Below are positions 34,408 to 44,115 of a stretch of 64,000 bases of DNA, piece by piece. Below the pieces are notes generated by a model that did not search any database, was not told the origin of the DNA, and was given only the letters and a program-made list of their open reading frames with translations. The DNA comes from a virus. Position 1 is the stretch's first letter; each line of letters opens with the position of its first letter. The stretch lies in the IMG/VR virus record IMGVR_UViG_3300005253_000055. One strand, given 5' to 3'. Made by a program: the position numbers and the translations under genes.

Positions 34408-35371
34408 AAAAACGGTCTTAGAGCACGTCTCGCAGGAAGAAATATTTGAGAAGTATCTAGGACTACGCCCGCAATACGGAGTATCCTTTACTAACCCGCT
34501 TAGACAAGACAAGTATGCTGGATGCAGATTCTATGACAAATATGGTAGGATAAGATTCAAGGACTTTAGTAGAGGTTGGAATTGGGATTGTTTTGATGTA
34601 ATTATGTTTGACTTCGGGTGTAACTACAATGAAGCTCTAAAGATTGTGGCTACTGACTTTAATATCCAGACCTATGAGATTGGAGGATTCAGACGGAAGC
34701 CTTCAAGTGTTAGACTAAGCCGAAGGGAGTCCTTTTCTAGCGGGAATTCTTCTATAATCATAAAACAAAAAAAGTTCAGCCGGAAGGAACTTACTTTTTG
34801 GGGACAATATGGCATAGATGAACCTACACTAGAAAGATTTCGAGTTATGTCAGTAGAGAAAGCTTGGTTACAGTATCCTGATAAGTATAAGGTAGAAGTA
34901 TACTCTTATAGCTACAGCGATATCTGTTTCTGTTATGACTTAGGATGGGAAATTAGGAAACTATACTTTCCTGAAAGAAAAGAGGATAGGTTTATGCAAG
35001 TTACTGCTAAAGTAGCTGAGGGTTACGTAATGCTTCCAGACTTTGGGAGTCACTTAATAATAACTAAGTCATATAAAGACGTAATAGCACTATGGCTATA
35101 CGATTTACTCTCCATTGCTCCGGCCTCTGAGACAGTAATTTTCCCTGAGAAGTTTATGGCTATCGTATTAAAGAGCTTTGATCAGCTCTTCACACTTTTT
35201 GATAACGATAAGGCAGGTAAGATAGCCAGTATAAAATACAGGGATCAATATAACACAACACCTCTGCTTTTTCCTTCTGACATGGAAAAGGATTTCACAG
35301 ATAATCTAGTCTCCTATGGAAATAATTTTATGATTGACTATGCGGAAGATTTTAAACAAAGATTTCTCTGA
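34382..35371 (+). CDS. Toprim-domain DNA primase (DnaG/T7 gp4-like)
   Basis: 329 aa; LFDNDKAGK (DxD..AG Toprim motif); IITKSYKDVIAL at the position of the Toprim Glu motif; degenerate N-terminal Zn-finger-like region. Confidence 0.55.
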   Translation: MKAILILDRKTVLEHVSQEEIFEKYLGLRPQYGVSFTNPLRQDKYAGCRFYDKYGRIRFKDFSRGWNWDCFDVIMFDFGCNYNEALKIVATDFNIQTYEIGGFRRKPSSVRLSRRESFSSGNSSIIIKQKKFSRKELTFWGQYGIDEPTLERFRVMSVEKAWLQYPDKYKVEVYSYSYSDICFCYDLGWEIRKLYFPERKEDRFMQVTAKVAEGYVMLPDFGSHLIITKSYKDVIALWLYDLLSIAPASETVIFPEKFMAIVLKSFDQLFTLFDNDKAGKIASIKYRDQYNTTPLLFPSDMEKDFTDNLVSYGNNFMIDYAEDFKQRFL

Positions 35372-35392
35372 GAAATTTGGTTTTTTCTCAGA
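35367..35392 (+). terminator. hairpin at the primase stop (weak terminator candidate)
   Basis: TCTGAGAAA / TTTCTCAGA 9-bp stem with a T-rich loop; no trailing T tract. Confidence 0.3.
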
Positions 35393-35492
35393 AAATTTGT
35401 AACTTACCTAATAGTCTGGAAATCAAGCAGTTAGAATCAAGGGAAGTTAGAACGTCTAGCTTTAAGTTATTACTTACTAAACAAAGACAACA

Positions 35493-35729
35493 ATGAATCG
35501 TAACTATTATCTTACATTTGGACAGACCCATTACTATCCGGACACTGATATTAAGCTAAACGACTATTGGATCTTGATTAAGGCTCCTACCTATGCAATA
35601 GCTAGAGCTGCGGCATGGGATAAGTTTGGAGATAAGTTCTTTACCCTATATGAAGAAAGTGAGTTCTTAGACGATAAGAAGGAATACTTTCCTGGAGGAG
35701 AATATGAAGTAATTGAAGTAGACGAATAA
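35493..35729 (+). CDS. hypothetical protein
   Basis: 78-aa ORF. Confidence 0.55.
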   Translation: MNRNYYLTFGQTHYYPDTDIKLNDYWILIKAPTYAIARAAAWDKFGDKFFTLYEESEFLDDKKEYFPGGEYEVIEVDE

Positions 35730-35736
35730 TGAAACT

Positions 35737-36105
35737 ATGATGAAAAATTCAAAAGAAATAGAAGCTAATCGAGATTATGCTAAGAAGCATTACAATAATG
35801 CGACTAAGATAATAAGAACAAGTAATCCCTTTACATATAATGCTATTGAAGACTATGAACCCTGGCGGGAGACAGAGTATGATTTACCTCCCAAAGGAAG
35901 AGAGATAATAGGCTTCCGGACAGAATGGATACTGGAAGACTACAACCCTAACGGAACTAGACTTTGCTTCTACGGTGATTTTGGTTGGACAACTGCTAGA
36001 TGGTGTAACGACCAAGACTCCTGGTATACAGATAACAGTGAAGATGACAAAGATGGTAAAGAGACTATACCTACACACTGGAAACCAAAGCCTAAACATC
36101 CGTAA
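35737..36105 (+). CDS. hypothetical protein (DUF551-like WxxxxxLPP pattern)
   Basis: 122 aa; EPWRETEYDLPPKGREIIGF. Confidence 0.5.
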   Translation: MMKNSKEIEANRDYAKKHYNNATKIIRTSNPFTYNAIEDYEPWRETEYDLPPKGREIIGFRTEWILEDYNPNGTRLCFYGDFGWTTARWCNDQDSWYTDNSEDDKDGKETIPTHWKPKPKHP

Positions 36106-36107
36106 CT

Positions 36108-36506
36108 ATGGGATACTCGGTAAATCTACGTACTTTAACTCGTAAGTCTGTTCTTGGATTTGGTCAATATAGTGATATACCTATACAAGGAATCTTGAAT
36201 CAAGATCATGCAGGCTATCTAAGATGGATTTACTACAATTATACTAAGATTACATTCCTTCCTGAAATTCTAGAAGAGATTTCTGTTAAGGAGGAGGAAT
36301 ATAAGGTAGATAAACCGGGTAAAGATCCTGAATTAGGTCATAAACTAGCCAGATCAATAACTCAGAGTAGGAGTAGTGAGGAATGGATAAAGATAATGAA
36401 ACATAAAAGAAAACAAACAAAACTAACTCAGAGGAATTTAGAAAGAAATGAAGCCGTTCAACCAAAAGGAAAATTACAATGGATAAATCAAGGACGTAAG
36501 AAATAA
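36108..36506 (+). CDS. hypothetical protein (DUF3820-like N-terminus)
   Basis: 132 aa; LGFGQYSDIPIQGIL...YLRWI. Confidence 0.5.
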   Translation: MGYSVNLRTLTRKSVLGFGQYSDIPIQGILNQDHAGYLRWIYYNYTKITFLPEILEEISVKEEEYKVDKPGKDPELGHKLARSITQSRSSEEWIKIMKHKRKQTKLTQRNLERNEAVQPKGKLQWINQGRKK

Positions 36507-36507
36507 G

Positions 36508-36783
36508 ATGAAAAAATTAAATATAAAGATGGACAAAGCAATAATAATGGATACCGCTAACAATGGCTTAATGATAATACCCGAAGCTCTAAACAATGAT
36601 CTAGAACCTACTATTACATTTAGGGCAAAGGATCAATGTTTCATAAGACACTTCAGGAACTATATTGAAGATTGTCAGAATGAAGGTTCTTCTGCCAAGA
36701 ATATAGAGGAACTTAACAGAATCCATAACGAGTTCTCACGATGGCAATTAAAGCATACAGAACAAGTTAAAGTACCACAATGA
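36508..36783 (+). CDS. hypothetical protein
   Basis: 91-aa ORF. Confidence 0.55.
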   Translation: MKKLNIKMDKAIIMDTANNGLMIIPEALNNDLEPTITFRAKDQCFIRHFRNYIEDCQNEGSSAKNIEELNRIHNEFSRWQLKHTEQVKVPQ

Positions 36784-37439
36784 TACCGAGAAATAGATTT
36801 GACAGTGACGAAGAATGGTACTTTAGCTGGTACTTGGATGATCTGAAGGAAGCTGGTTTTATTAGTGACTATCAGTATCCAGGTAAGACGTTTGCTTTAT
36901 CCGAGAAAGTTAGAAAGAAATATGATGAAGTACTTAAGACTAAGATCAAGCGAGTAGATAGGGAATTACTTAGATCTCATACATACACCTGTGACTTCTT
37001 AATCTGGTGGGAAAGTAGGGCTTATAAAACTTTATTCACTACTTTAAAAATAGTTGATTCAAGATATAAATATATTCCTTTTACTGCTAATATAGAAGTT
37101 CCACGTCATTATGAGGTAAATCCTTCTCCCGTTCGTATGAGCTACATAGATGTTAAGCCGGAAGTAGCTCGAAGGTTTACCGGAAAATTAGCGTCCTTCC
37201 ACACGTTTCCTATTGATCAAAAATGGGTAATGAAAAAGTACAATATCTACGTACAGAAGATAGCAGTACCTAAGGTATTTAAGCAAACCTTTACACCTAG
37301 TAGGTATCTTAGAACTGATGGAGATAGACAGGATAGAGTTATGGACTACGAACCAAAGGAACTACATCGGTACTTAATTGAACAAAAGAATAAGAAAGAT
37401 GCCATACAAGGAGAAGGAGATCAAACAAAAATATTTTGA
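36780..37439 (+). CDS. hypothetical protein, possible PD-(D/E)xK-like nuclease fold
   Basis: 219 aa; TCDFLIWWES ... YIDVKPE could supply a D...DxK motif. Weak evidence. Confidence 0.3.
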   Translation: MIPRNRFDSDEEWYFSWYLDDLKEAGFISDYQYPGKTFALSEKVRKKYDEVLKTKIKRVDRELLRSHTYTCDFLIWWESRAYKTLFTTLKIVDSRYKYIPFTANIEVPRHYEVNPSPVRMSYIDVKPEVARRFTGKLASFHTFPIDQKWVMKKYNIYVQKIAVPKVFKQTFTPSRYLRTDGDRQDRVMDYEPKELHRYLIEQKNKKDAIQGEGDQTKIF

Positions 37440-37689
37440 TATAAACGAAGTAGCCAAACTTACTAAAATACGTAATACGTCTAAGATAAGATACTGGGGA
37501 AGGGAGATGGATAGGGTTATAGAGAAGAGAAAGAGAAAAGGCTCCAGGATGTTTACGATAAAGGATATTAAGACTATAGCTACTATTAAGTTTATGATAA
37601 AGGAGGGCTATACTCTTGAAGGAGTTCGTAAGAACTTTAGTAAGTACAAATGTAATGAAGAATTTAAAGTAAAAAGAATAAAGTTATGA
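37399..37689 (+). CDS. MerR-type HTH DNA-binding protein
   Basis: YFDINEVAKLTKIRNTSKIRYWGREMD matches the MerR N-terminal HTH pattern; start set at ATG 37399. Confidence 0.5.
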   Translation: MPYKEKEIKQKYFDINEVAKLTKIRNTSKIRYWGREMDRVIEKRKRKGSRMFTIKDIKTIATIKFMIKEGYTLEGVRKNFSKYKCNEEFKVKRIKL

Positions 37690-37943
37690 TTATTCAAATT
37701 TGGATGGAGGGCTATAGGGCCACAGAAGAACACGGTATAGCACAGATGATAGGAAGTTATGAAGCTGACGACTTTGATGAGGCTGTGAAGAAGTATATGG
37801 AAGAAAATCCTGGTGACGTAAGAATTAATGGTAGAAACCGGTATCCTAGTGATACTGCTTATGAGAACAGACCTTCCAAATACAACATCTGGGCATGTAA
37901 CTTATTTGATAACGAAGCAGATGCACGCAAAGCATTTGGGTAA
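37686..37943 (+). CDS. hypothetical protein
   Basis: 85-aa ORF with ATGA overlap. Confidence 0.55.
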   Translation: MIIQIWMEGYRATEEHGIAQMIGSYEADDFDEAVKKYMEENPGDVRINGRNRYPSDTAYENRPSKYNIWACNLFDNEADARKAFG

Positions 37944-37971
37944 TAGATTATACACAATAAATTAAAGAATT

Positions 37972-38613
37972 ATGAATGCATATGGATTATACAAGATAAG
38001 TGAGCAGTTACTAATAACTCTCTCACAAATAGAAGAAGATGAAGGAGTATTAACGCCTGAGACAGAATCTGCACTAGCTATAAATCAAGAAGAACTTACA
38101 CAGAAATGTACAGACTTTGACAAGGCTGGTAAGCTCTTTGATAGCCAAGTTGCTATGATAGACCAAGAGATAGAAAGACTTGGAAAGATGAAGAAGATTA
38201 TTAACAATGGAACTAATCGTCTTGATGAAGCACTACTCCAAGCTGTCTTACTATTTGGTGAACAAAAGAAGCCTACTAAAGCTCAGATAGAGAAGAACAA
38301 GGAAGGTACTAAATTCATTGAAGTACACGATGAGAGTACTAACTTCAAGCTATCTAATACTCAGAGAGACGTACTAATAGGACCAGAAGAGTATCCAGAT
38401 GAGATACAGATAAATTATGGAAAGCGATCAGTAGAGGTACAAATGCTAGATCTACAAGATGTTGTTAGCCTTCTTCAAGAAGCTAATATTGAACATAGAA
38501 TAGTCGGAAACCTTCCTACTGTATCTCGTACTGCTTTGAAACAGGCTATTGAAGAAGGTAAAGACTGTGGTCCTTATAGTATACAGAATAAGCATTACTT
38601 GAGGAAGACATAA
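37972..38613 (+). CDS. hypothetical coiled-coil protein (Gp157-like pattern)
   Basis: 213 aa with an N-terminal helical/coiled region. Confidence 0.5.
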   Translation: MNAYGLYKISEQLLITLSQIEEDEGVLTPETESALAINQEELTQKCTDFDKAGKLFDSQVAMIDQEIERLGKMKKIINNGTNRLDEALLQAVLLFGEQKKPTKAQIEKNKEGTKFIEVHDESTNFKLSNTQRDVLIGPEEYPDEIQINYGKRSVEVQMLDLQDVVSLLQEANIEHRIVGNLPTVSRTALKQAIEEGKDCGPYSIQNKHYLRKT

Positions 38614-38632
38614 CATTAGAATAACTTGTAAA

Positions 38633-38788
38633 ATGAAAGAGCAAATAGAAGAAGTAACTAAAAGACTTGAAATTGAAATTAATAGAACTCCTACGGGGAA
38701 ATTAAGAGAGTTATTGTGTGATGCAAACATCTTATTACAGGCATTGAACTCAGGTAATGACAGTACTAGTAAACAAATAGATGATTGA
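38633..38788 (+). CDS. small hypothetical protein (51 aa, absent from ORF track)
   Basis: MKEQIEEVTKRLEIEINRTPTGKLRELLCDANILLQALNSGNDSTSKQIDD; fills the gap before ung; stop overlaps the ung start. Confidence 0.45.
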   Translation: MKEQIEEVTKRLEIEINRTPTGKLRELLCDANILLQALNSGNDSTSKQIDD

Positions 38789-39500
38789 CTTTAAAAAAGA
38801 ACTGGAAAGAAGCAGGAAAAGAAAAGACATGCTTGGAGAGTCCTGGGCAAAGCTACTAGGTAGTCAATTTGATTCACCTTATATGAAGGATCTTGGTAAG
38901 TATATTACAGTACGTAGAAGTAAAGCTACCGTATACCCACTGCAAGAGGAACTCTTCAAGGCGTTTCAATTGACTCCCTATGAAGACGTGAAGGTTGTTA
39001 TACTAGGACAAGATCCGTATAATGACGGAGCTGCACATGGATTAGCCTTCTCAAAGAAACCGGGATTTAAATCTAATTCTTGGTTACCTCCTTCTCTTGA
39101 GGTTATCTTTAAAGCGATACAGGAGGAGATTTCCGCCTCGTTCAGTTCTGCCCTTAGCGGAGACTTAACATCATGGGCAAAACAGGGCATCCTATTGCTT
39201 AATCCTATTCTTACTGTAGAACACAAACGACCTACGGCACATGAGAGTAAGGGTTGGGAGAAGTTTACTAGTCGAGTTATAGATGTTCTCAATGATCATC
39301 CTAAGAGATTAGTATTTCTTCTATGGGGTAACTATGCTAAGTCTTACTATAATAGAATTAGCGTACCTAAGAATCTTGTGATACAAGCATCACATCCTGT
39401 CTCCTCTAAGTATAATGATACAGAGTGGAACAGTAACGAGTCCTTTAAAAGGACAAACGAGTTTTTAAAAACAATAGAACGGAAACAAATAGAATGGTAA
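38781..39500 (+). CDS. ung: uracil-DNA glycosylase, family 1
   Basis: VVILGQDPYNDGAAHGLAFS (GQDPY water-activating motif), LLLNPILTV, ASHPVSS (HPSPLS-like). Confidence 0.9.
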   Translation: MIDFKKELERSRKRKDMLGESWAKLLGSQFDSPYMKDLGKYITVRRSKATVYPLQEELFKAFQLTPYEDVKVVILGQDPYNDGAAHGLAFSKKPGFKSNSWLPPSLEVIFKAIQEEISASFSSALSGDLTSWAKQGILLLNPILTVEHKRPTAHESKGWEKFTSRVIDVLNDHPKRLVFLLWGNYAKSYYNRISVPKNLVIQASHPVSSKYNDTEWNSNESFKRTNEFLKTIERKQIEW

Positions 39501-40030
39501 TTGAAACAAACCAAGATGCACAAGACCTACTAGATGGGTTAGGGCAATCAAAGCAAACCCCTGTTACTAAGATAGAATATGCCGTAATCAGGACAGAAGC
39601 TAAGTTAAAGAAGTATTTTCACAACCTCTTTCAGCCTATTACAGGAGCAGTAAAAGGCTGGAAGGAATGGGACAAGGGACGTATTACTCTGTTAGAAAGA
39701 CACTGCAAGAAAGATGAAAAAGGAGATCCTGTTATGGTACCTAGTCCAGAAGGACAGGTCTATGATTTTACTCCAGAAAATAAAATTATTGCTAGAGAAG
39801 AGATGACCAAGTTAGATCTCAAACACAAGGACTATAATGATGAAGTAAAGAGAAGAGAGAAGGAGAGTGTACGACTACTAAAAGAACCATTCACTGGAAA
39901 TCAAGAGATCTACAAATTTGATCCTAAGTTCCTTCCTTCTAACCTAACAGGAGATCAACTAACCTGGTTACAGTTCCTTATGAAAGGAACAGAAAAAGAA
40001 ATTGATGAAATTATTGAGAACTTAAACTAA
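39494..40030 (+). CDS. hypothetical protein
   Basis: 178-aa ORF. Confidence 0.6.
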   Translation: MVIETNQDAQDLLDGLGQSKQTPVTKIEYAVIRTEAKLKKYFHNLFQPITGAVKGWKEWDKGRITLLERHCKKDEKGDPVMVPSPEGQVYDFTPENKIIAREEMTKLDLKHKDYNDEVKRREKESVRLLKEPFTGNQEIYKFDPKFLPSNLTGDQLTWLQFLMKGTEKEIDEIIENLN

Positions 40031-40037
40031 AAAGATC

Positions 40038-40346
40038 ATGATGACTGATGCAAAACAAAAACAGAATAGATCTATTCGAAAGAATTTATTCGGCGCTTTA
40101 GACACAACTAATTCCTTTCCAAGGGTCATGGCCGGTAATCTAAACAGAGTACTAGAGAATTTAGATGGCAGTCTTGTACCAAGAGACGAGGAAAAAGAGA
40201 AAGAAGGTAATGAGATACTTGCTGGCTCTGCAGCCGAATCCGAACCTATGGAAAATGTTATCTTTCTACATTCTAGAGAAATGGAGATAACAAAAAGACA
40301 GATAGAGGTACAAGTTAAGATACTAATAGAAAAATTTGAAGCATAA
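40038..40346 (+). CDS. hypothetical protein
   Basis: 102-aa ORF. Confidence 0.5.
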   Translation: MMTDAKQKQNRSIRKNLFGALDTTNSFPRVMAGNLNRVLENLDGSLVPRDEEKEKEGNEILAGSAAESEPMENVIFLHSREMEITKRQIEVQVKILIEKFEA

Positions 40347-41077
40347 TGGAACTACAAGAAGTATTAGACTCAAAAGTATTTGTTAAAGGCAGTTCAATAT
40401 CCTTTAACTCTCCAAAGAAGTATATAGAGCCTTTCATGGAAAGAGTGGAAAAACTTTCTCCTAGTTGGATTACCGATGTTTCTGCCGTAGTCAGTAATGC
40501 AGAGGAAGAAGGAGATATGAACACTGCCTATGGTAGAGTTCTCGTACAGGGACTTCTTCCTGGACTTGGAACAGATGATAGTAGAGGTATAATTGGGATG
40601 GTGTATGCTCTTGATACGGTCAAGCCAGTTGTCAGGGTATTTACTGGTCAGAACGTGAGTGTATGCATGAATCTTTGTATCTTCGGAACTAGTCACCTGT
40701 TCTCAGCAGATCTTCTTGGCGGTGGTATGGATGCTGCCTACAAAAAAGTAGAAGAGTATGTGGAAGGAAAGGAAGAAGAGGTTAAGTTCTATGTTGATAC
40801 CATAGGAGAACTAAAATCTACTGAATATGATTCAAAGCAAGTAGATGAAATTGTAGGTGCTCTTTTAAGAGAAGCTTTAACTGGTAAGTTAGGTTCCTCT
40901 TCTATCATAGCTGCTACAAGGAAATTGAATAATCCCAGTTCACGATACTCTATGGTAGACGGACATACAACAGGTTGGAATATTTACAATGCTGTCACTG
41001 AACATATATCACATAAGGTAGATATATTTGACCGGGCAGTAAAGACGCAAATTCTTTCTAGCTTAATGCTAAACTGA
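40346..41077 (+). CDS. hypothetical protein (DUF932-like CxN segment)
   Basis: 243 aa; VRVFTGQNVSVCMNLCIFG. Confidence 0.5.
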   Translation: MELQEVLDSKVFVKGSSISFNSPKKYIEPFMERVEKLSPSWITDVSAVVSNAEEEGDMNTAYGRVLVQGLLPGLGTDDSRGIIGMVYALDTVKPVVRVFTGQNVSVCMNLCIFGTSHLFSADLLGGGMDAAYKKVEEYVEGKEEEVKFYVDTIGELKSTEYDSKQVDEIVGALLREALTGKLGSSSIIAATRKLNNPSSRYSMVDGHTTGWNIYNAVTEHISHKVDIFDRAVKTQILSSLMLN

Positions 41078-41079
41078 TA

Positions 41080-41271
41080 ATGGGTAATCAAGAAGAACTC
41101 TATACAGAAGAGGATGTCCAAGCAATGTATATTGCTGGACTCCTTGCCGGCATGGGCAGACCCAGAGACACAAGTAGTGTAGACTATCTTAGTGACCATC
41201 TCAACAATCATGGTTGGAAATGGATAAGACAACTGTTAGATAATAGAAGGAACAAGAGACATGAGGAATAA
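41080..41271 (+). CDS. hypothetical protein
   Basis: 63-aa ORF. Confidence 0.5.
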   Translation: MGNQEELYTEEDVQAMYIAGLLAGMGRPRDTSSVDYLSDHLNNHGWKWIRQLLDNRRNKRHEE

Positions 41272-41519
41272 TGGGGGAAATAACAAAGAACTGGAACTCA
41301 AGTACTCCTGCAAAGAAAGGGGAAAAGGAAGAGGTCAAAGAGGTAGTTAAGCAGGAGACTAAGAAAGTAAATAAGAAAGCTTACACTACTGGTATGTGTA
41401 ACACATGCAGAAGCTGGAAAAAGTTTAATCTGTATCAAGGAGACTGTTCTGATTCTGAGCAGGTACATGGTAAGCAAACGAATATAGGTAATTACTGTAG
41501 AAATCATGACAATGGATAA
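41271..41519 (+). CDS. hypothetical Cys-containing protein
   Basis: 82 aa; CNTCRSW...CSDS...CRNH. Confidence 0.5.
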   Translation: MGEITKNWNSSTPAKKGEKEEVKEVVKQETKKVNKKAYTTGMCNTCRSWKKFNLYQGDCSDSEQVHGKQTNIGNYCRNHDNG

Positions 41520-41625
41520 GAAAAAGCGATCAATTGGACAGAAGCTATTTGGACAGCATTACGTGGGATTAGTAATAATTCTTTTAATATATTGCTTGTT
41601 CTATGTAGCTAGCAGATGGTTTTAA
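41512..41625 (+). CDS. small membrane protein (37 aa, absent from ORF track)
   Basis: MDKKKRSIGQKLFGQHYVGLVIILLIYCLFYVASRWF; overlaps both neighbours by a few nt. Confidence 0.35.
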   Translation: MDKKKRSIGQKLFGQHYVGLVIILLIYCLFYVASRWF

Positions 41626-41924
41626 AATTTAAGATTCAAGGAATAATGAATATAGATATAGAAGAGTTAAAAGAGTTAGTAGAAAAACTTGAAATTGCCT
41701 ATGGTTGCCTGATAGGTAGCCATACAGGCAACACAACGGCAGAACAACAGTTTAAGCCTATAATAAAGGAGCTAAAAAAGCAGATTAAACAATCTCTATC
41801 TGATCAATCAGAAGTAGTAACCGAGAAGGAAATAAATAAAATCGTTAAGGAAGCTATGGATAAGTCTGAAAAACAGTCAAAGGTATTTGATAAAATGACA
41901 GAGATTAACCCTAAAGATTTATGA
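41616..41924 (+). CDS. hypothetical protein
   Basis: 102-aa ORF; the true start may be the internal Met of MNIDIEEL. Confidence 0.5.
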   Translation: MVLKFKIQGIMNIDIEELKELVEKLEIAYGCLIGSHTGNTTAEQQFKPIIKELKKQIKQSLSDQSEVVTEKEINKIVKEAMDKSEKQSKVFDKMTEINPKDL

Positions 41925-41959
41925 AAGCAATATATTAAGTAACTACAAGCTAAAAGACA

Positions 41960-42313
41960 ATGGATAAGTTAAAAGAAGTAAGACGGAAAGTCTTAGTGGC
42001 ATGGGGTAGCCACCAAAAAGGTCACAGTTCAGAGTCCAAATGGATAGAAAACTTTAATAGCCTTCTTGAATGCTATCATAAAGGAAGAAAGTTAGAAGAA
42101 CAAAGAGAAACAATTAAGAAATTATTATCTCATACAAAGAAGAAACCCTGGTGGGCCTGGAACCAATGGAACTTTGGCTGGTTTACCTTAACTCAAGACT
42201 TCGAGAGGATAAACTTTAATCTCTTATTTGATATCTGCTGGACAGGAGAAGATAGACCGCTTATTGGAATAAGTATTCTCTTCTGGAACCTTGAATTAAC
42301 ATTTGGAAACTAA
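41960..42313 (+). CDS. hypothetical protein
   Basis: 117-aa, Trp-rich ORF. Confidence 0.55.
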   Translation: MDKLKEVRRKVLVAWGSHQKGHSSESKWIENFNSLLECYHKGRKLEEQRETIKKLLSHTKKKPWWAWNQWNFGWFTLTQDFERINFNLLFDICWTGEDRPLIGISILFWNLELTFGN

Positions 42314-42319
42314 AAGACA

Positions 42320-42691
42320 ATGGATAAAACAATAAAAATTATGAATGATATAAAAGAATTTTTACTTGGTGTTCTTTCTAACTATAAGAGCAGGTACAAT
42401 GCTCAAGTAGAGGCAAGAGAAGACAAAATTGATGTCACCCTCTTTGTAGGACTTAAACCGCAGGCATACTTTCTTCCATCAATGGTAATTACAACTAAAG
42501 CTGCACGTGCAGAGAAGCGAGTCCTTACGTATGCTGAGATATGGGTAGATCATACGTGTATCTTTCGAGTGTCCGGCCCTTCTGGAGAATCAGATGACGT
42601 AGCTATAAATAGACTTCTTATTGAAGTGTTACTGATTGGTCTAAGTAATGCACATATTCTTTCTGAAGACTTAAAAGCTAATCAGGAATGA
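42320..42691 (+). CDS. hypothetical protein
   Basis: 123-aa ORF. Confidence 0.55.
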   Translation: MDKTIKIMNDIKEFLLGVLSNYKSRYNAQVEAREDKIDVTLFVGLKPQAYFLPSMVITTKAARAEKRVLTYAEIWVDHTCIFRVSGPSGESDDVAINRLLIEVLLIGLSNAHILSEDLKANQE

Positions 42692-43038
42692 TATACTTAA
42701 TAATTTACATCGTAGGATTTATAGTATCTATATACCTATTTATGAATCCTCCCGGTCGTGTTGTCAATGATATGAGTGGAGACGACTATCCCGAGTATGA
42801 GAAAGAAACAAGGGACTTTAGCTGGTGGGGTAGTGTATTAACCTTCTCCCTAGCTTGGCCTATTATCTTCTTCCTTATGATTCTTTCTATAACAAGGATT
42901 CTTATAATGGAGATAGAAATATTATCAGTTAAACTTTATCTAAAAATTACAAAGAAATGGAAAAAGATAAAAAGACCTATCCTGCCAGAACTTGGGAAGA
43001 GACTGCTGACGTGGTTGAGAAGACGATTACGGAAATAA
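42688..43038 (+). CDS. membrane protein (3' end overlaps next gene out of frame)
   Basis: 116 aa with 2-3 hydrophobic segments; the last 82 nt overlap 42957-43205. Confidence 0.5.
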   Translation: MIYLIIYIVGFIVSIYLFMNPPGRVVNDMSGDDYPEYEKETRDFSWWGSVLTFSLAWPIIFFLMILSITRILIMEIEILSVKLYLKITKKWKKIKRPILPELGKRLLTWLRRRLRK

Positions 43039-43205
43039 TATTAGCTTATAGAGATAGTAACATTGCGAAGATAGAAGATCTTATTCGTGAGTTTTCTCTA
43101 AGAAATGAGGTATCAGCACAGCACATAAAAACTGTGATGAGAATAGACGTAGAGCCTTACATTGGAAGGTATGTTCAAGAGGCAGGAAATAATTTAAAGT
43201 GGTAA
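42957..43205 (+). CDS. hypothetical protein
   Basis: 82-aa ORF. Confidence 0.5.
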   Translation: MEKDKKTYPARTWEETADVVEKTITEIILAYRDSNIAKIEDLIREFSLRNEVSAQHIKTVMRIDVEPYIGRYVQEAGNNLKW

Positions 43206-43483
43206 CTAATCCTAAAAGAATGACTAAAATAGAAGACTTTCAAAAATTTCTGGTTGCCGTTACATCCGATCCAGAGGCTCGTCCGGATGAAGCATTTATG
43301 CTTCTAGAAAATCCAAAGGAGCTAGAGGAATTTGACATCAAGTGGAAATTAGCTGTACTAGAGGTATTCAAGATGGGATATGCTCTTGGTAAGTACGGAA
43401 TGACAGATACAGATACTCTTAATCGAGCTAGACTAGATAGAGAGTTTTTAGACGGACAGAAGAAACTAAACTTAGACAACTAA
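43199..43483 (+). CDS. hypothetical protein
   Basis: 94-aa ORF. Confidence 0.55.
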   Translation: MVTNPKRMTKIEDFQKFLVAVTSDPEARPDEAFMLLENPKELEEFDIKWKLAVLEVFKMGYALGKYGMTDTDTLNRARLDREFLDGQKKLNLDN

Positions 43484-43495
43484 TTAATAAATAAT

Positions 43496-43987
43496 ATGGA
43501 TGATTTACAAAAACAACTCAATGACATCGTACTCGAACATCTGCCTAAGCAGATGGGAGAGACGCTTATTAAACGATTTGACGAACTAGAGGCTATTGGG
43601 AAGGAGCATAAAGAGCTTACTGTAACCTACAATAATCTCAAAATACAGGACGAGGCAAATAGGAAGGCTCTTCAAAAGGTTAAAGAAAAACTATCCGCTA
43701 TTGAAACACGAGAAGAAAAAGCCGTGAAGAAAGACCGTGAATTACTCGAGCGTGAGAAGTTGATGGATAAAACTATGTTAGAAAAGGAACTCGAATTAAC
43801 TAAACTGGCTAAAGAAGAGCAACTGGGACTTATCCAAACTGTCTTCAGGTGGCCTGTTATCAAAAAGAGTTATGCCATTTCGGGAGGACAAACAACAGCT
43901 GGATATACCGATTCTACTGGAGTGTGGCACGATGAGAGTCGTCCGGATGGAACTCGAGTAGGAACAAAAACTAAGGAGACAGAATAA
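43496..43987 (+). CDS. hypothetical coiled-coil protein (last rightward gene)
   Basis: 163 aa, E/K/L-rich. Confidence 0.6.
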   Translation: MDDLQKQLNDIVLEHLPKQMGETLIKRFDELEAIGKEHKELTVTYNNLKIQDEANRKALQKVKEKLSAIETREEKAVKKDRELLEREKLMDKTMLEKELELTKLAKEEQLGLIQTVFRWPVIKKSYAISGGQTTAGYTDSTGVWHDESRPDGTRVGTKTKETE

Positions 43988-44115
43988 GCTTAATCAAACA
44001 AGGAAAATGAGGAAAGGAAGCTACACTTAAGATAATATTTTTAGCTATTTGAGTAGTTCTGTTAGATTGGGTTAGAAGCGGGATTTGAACCCTTCTACAG
44101 TTGCCTAAAATCGGG

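Noticed and set aside
309-43863. Remaining short overlapping track ORFs inside longer genes. Examples are 309-647, 1560-1754, 2768-3025, 3052-3282, 4766-4993, 14304-14573, 19047-19241, 23002-23238, 23552-23740, 31692-31877, 32097-32367, 33605-33799, 38978-39292, 40394-40696 and 43240-43479
   Set aside because: Each lies largely or wholly within a longer ORF that fits the operon orientation or has recognisable motifs. Their products are low-complexity, and several are mutually exclusive.
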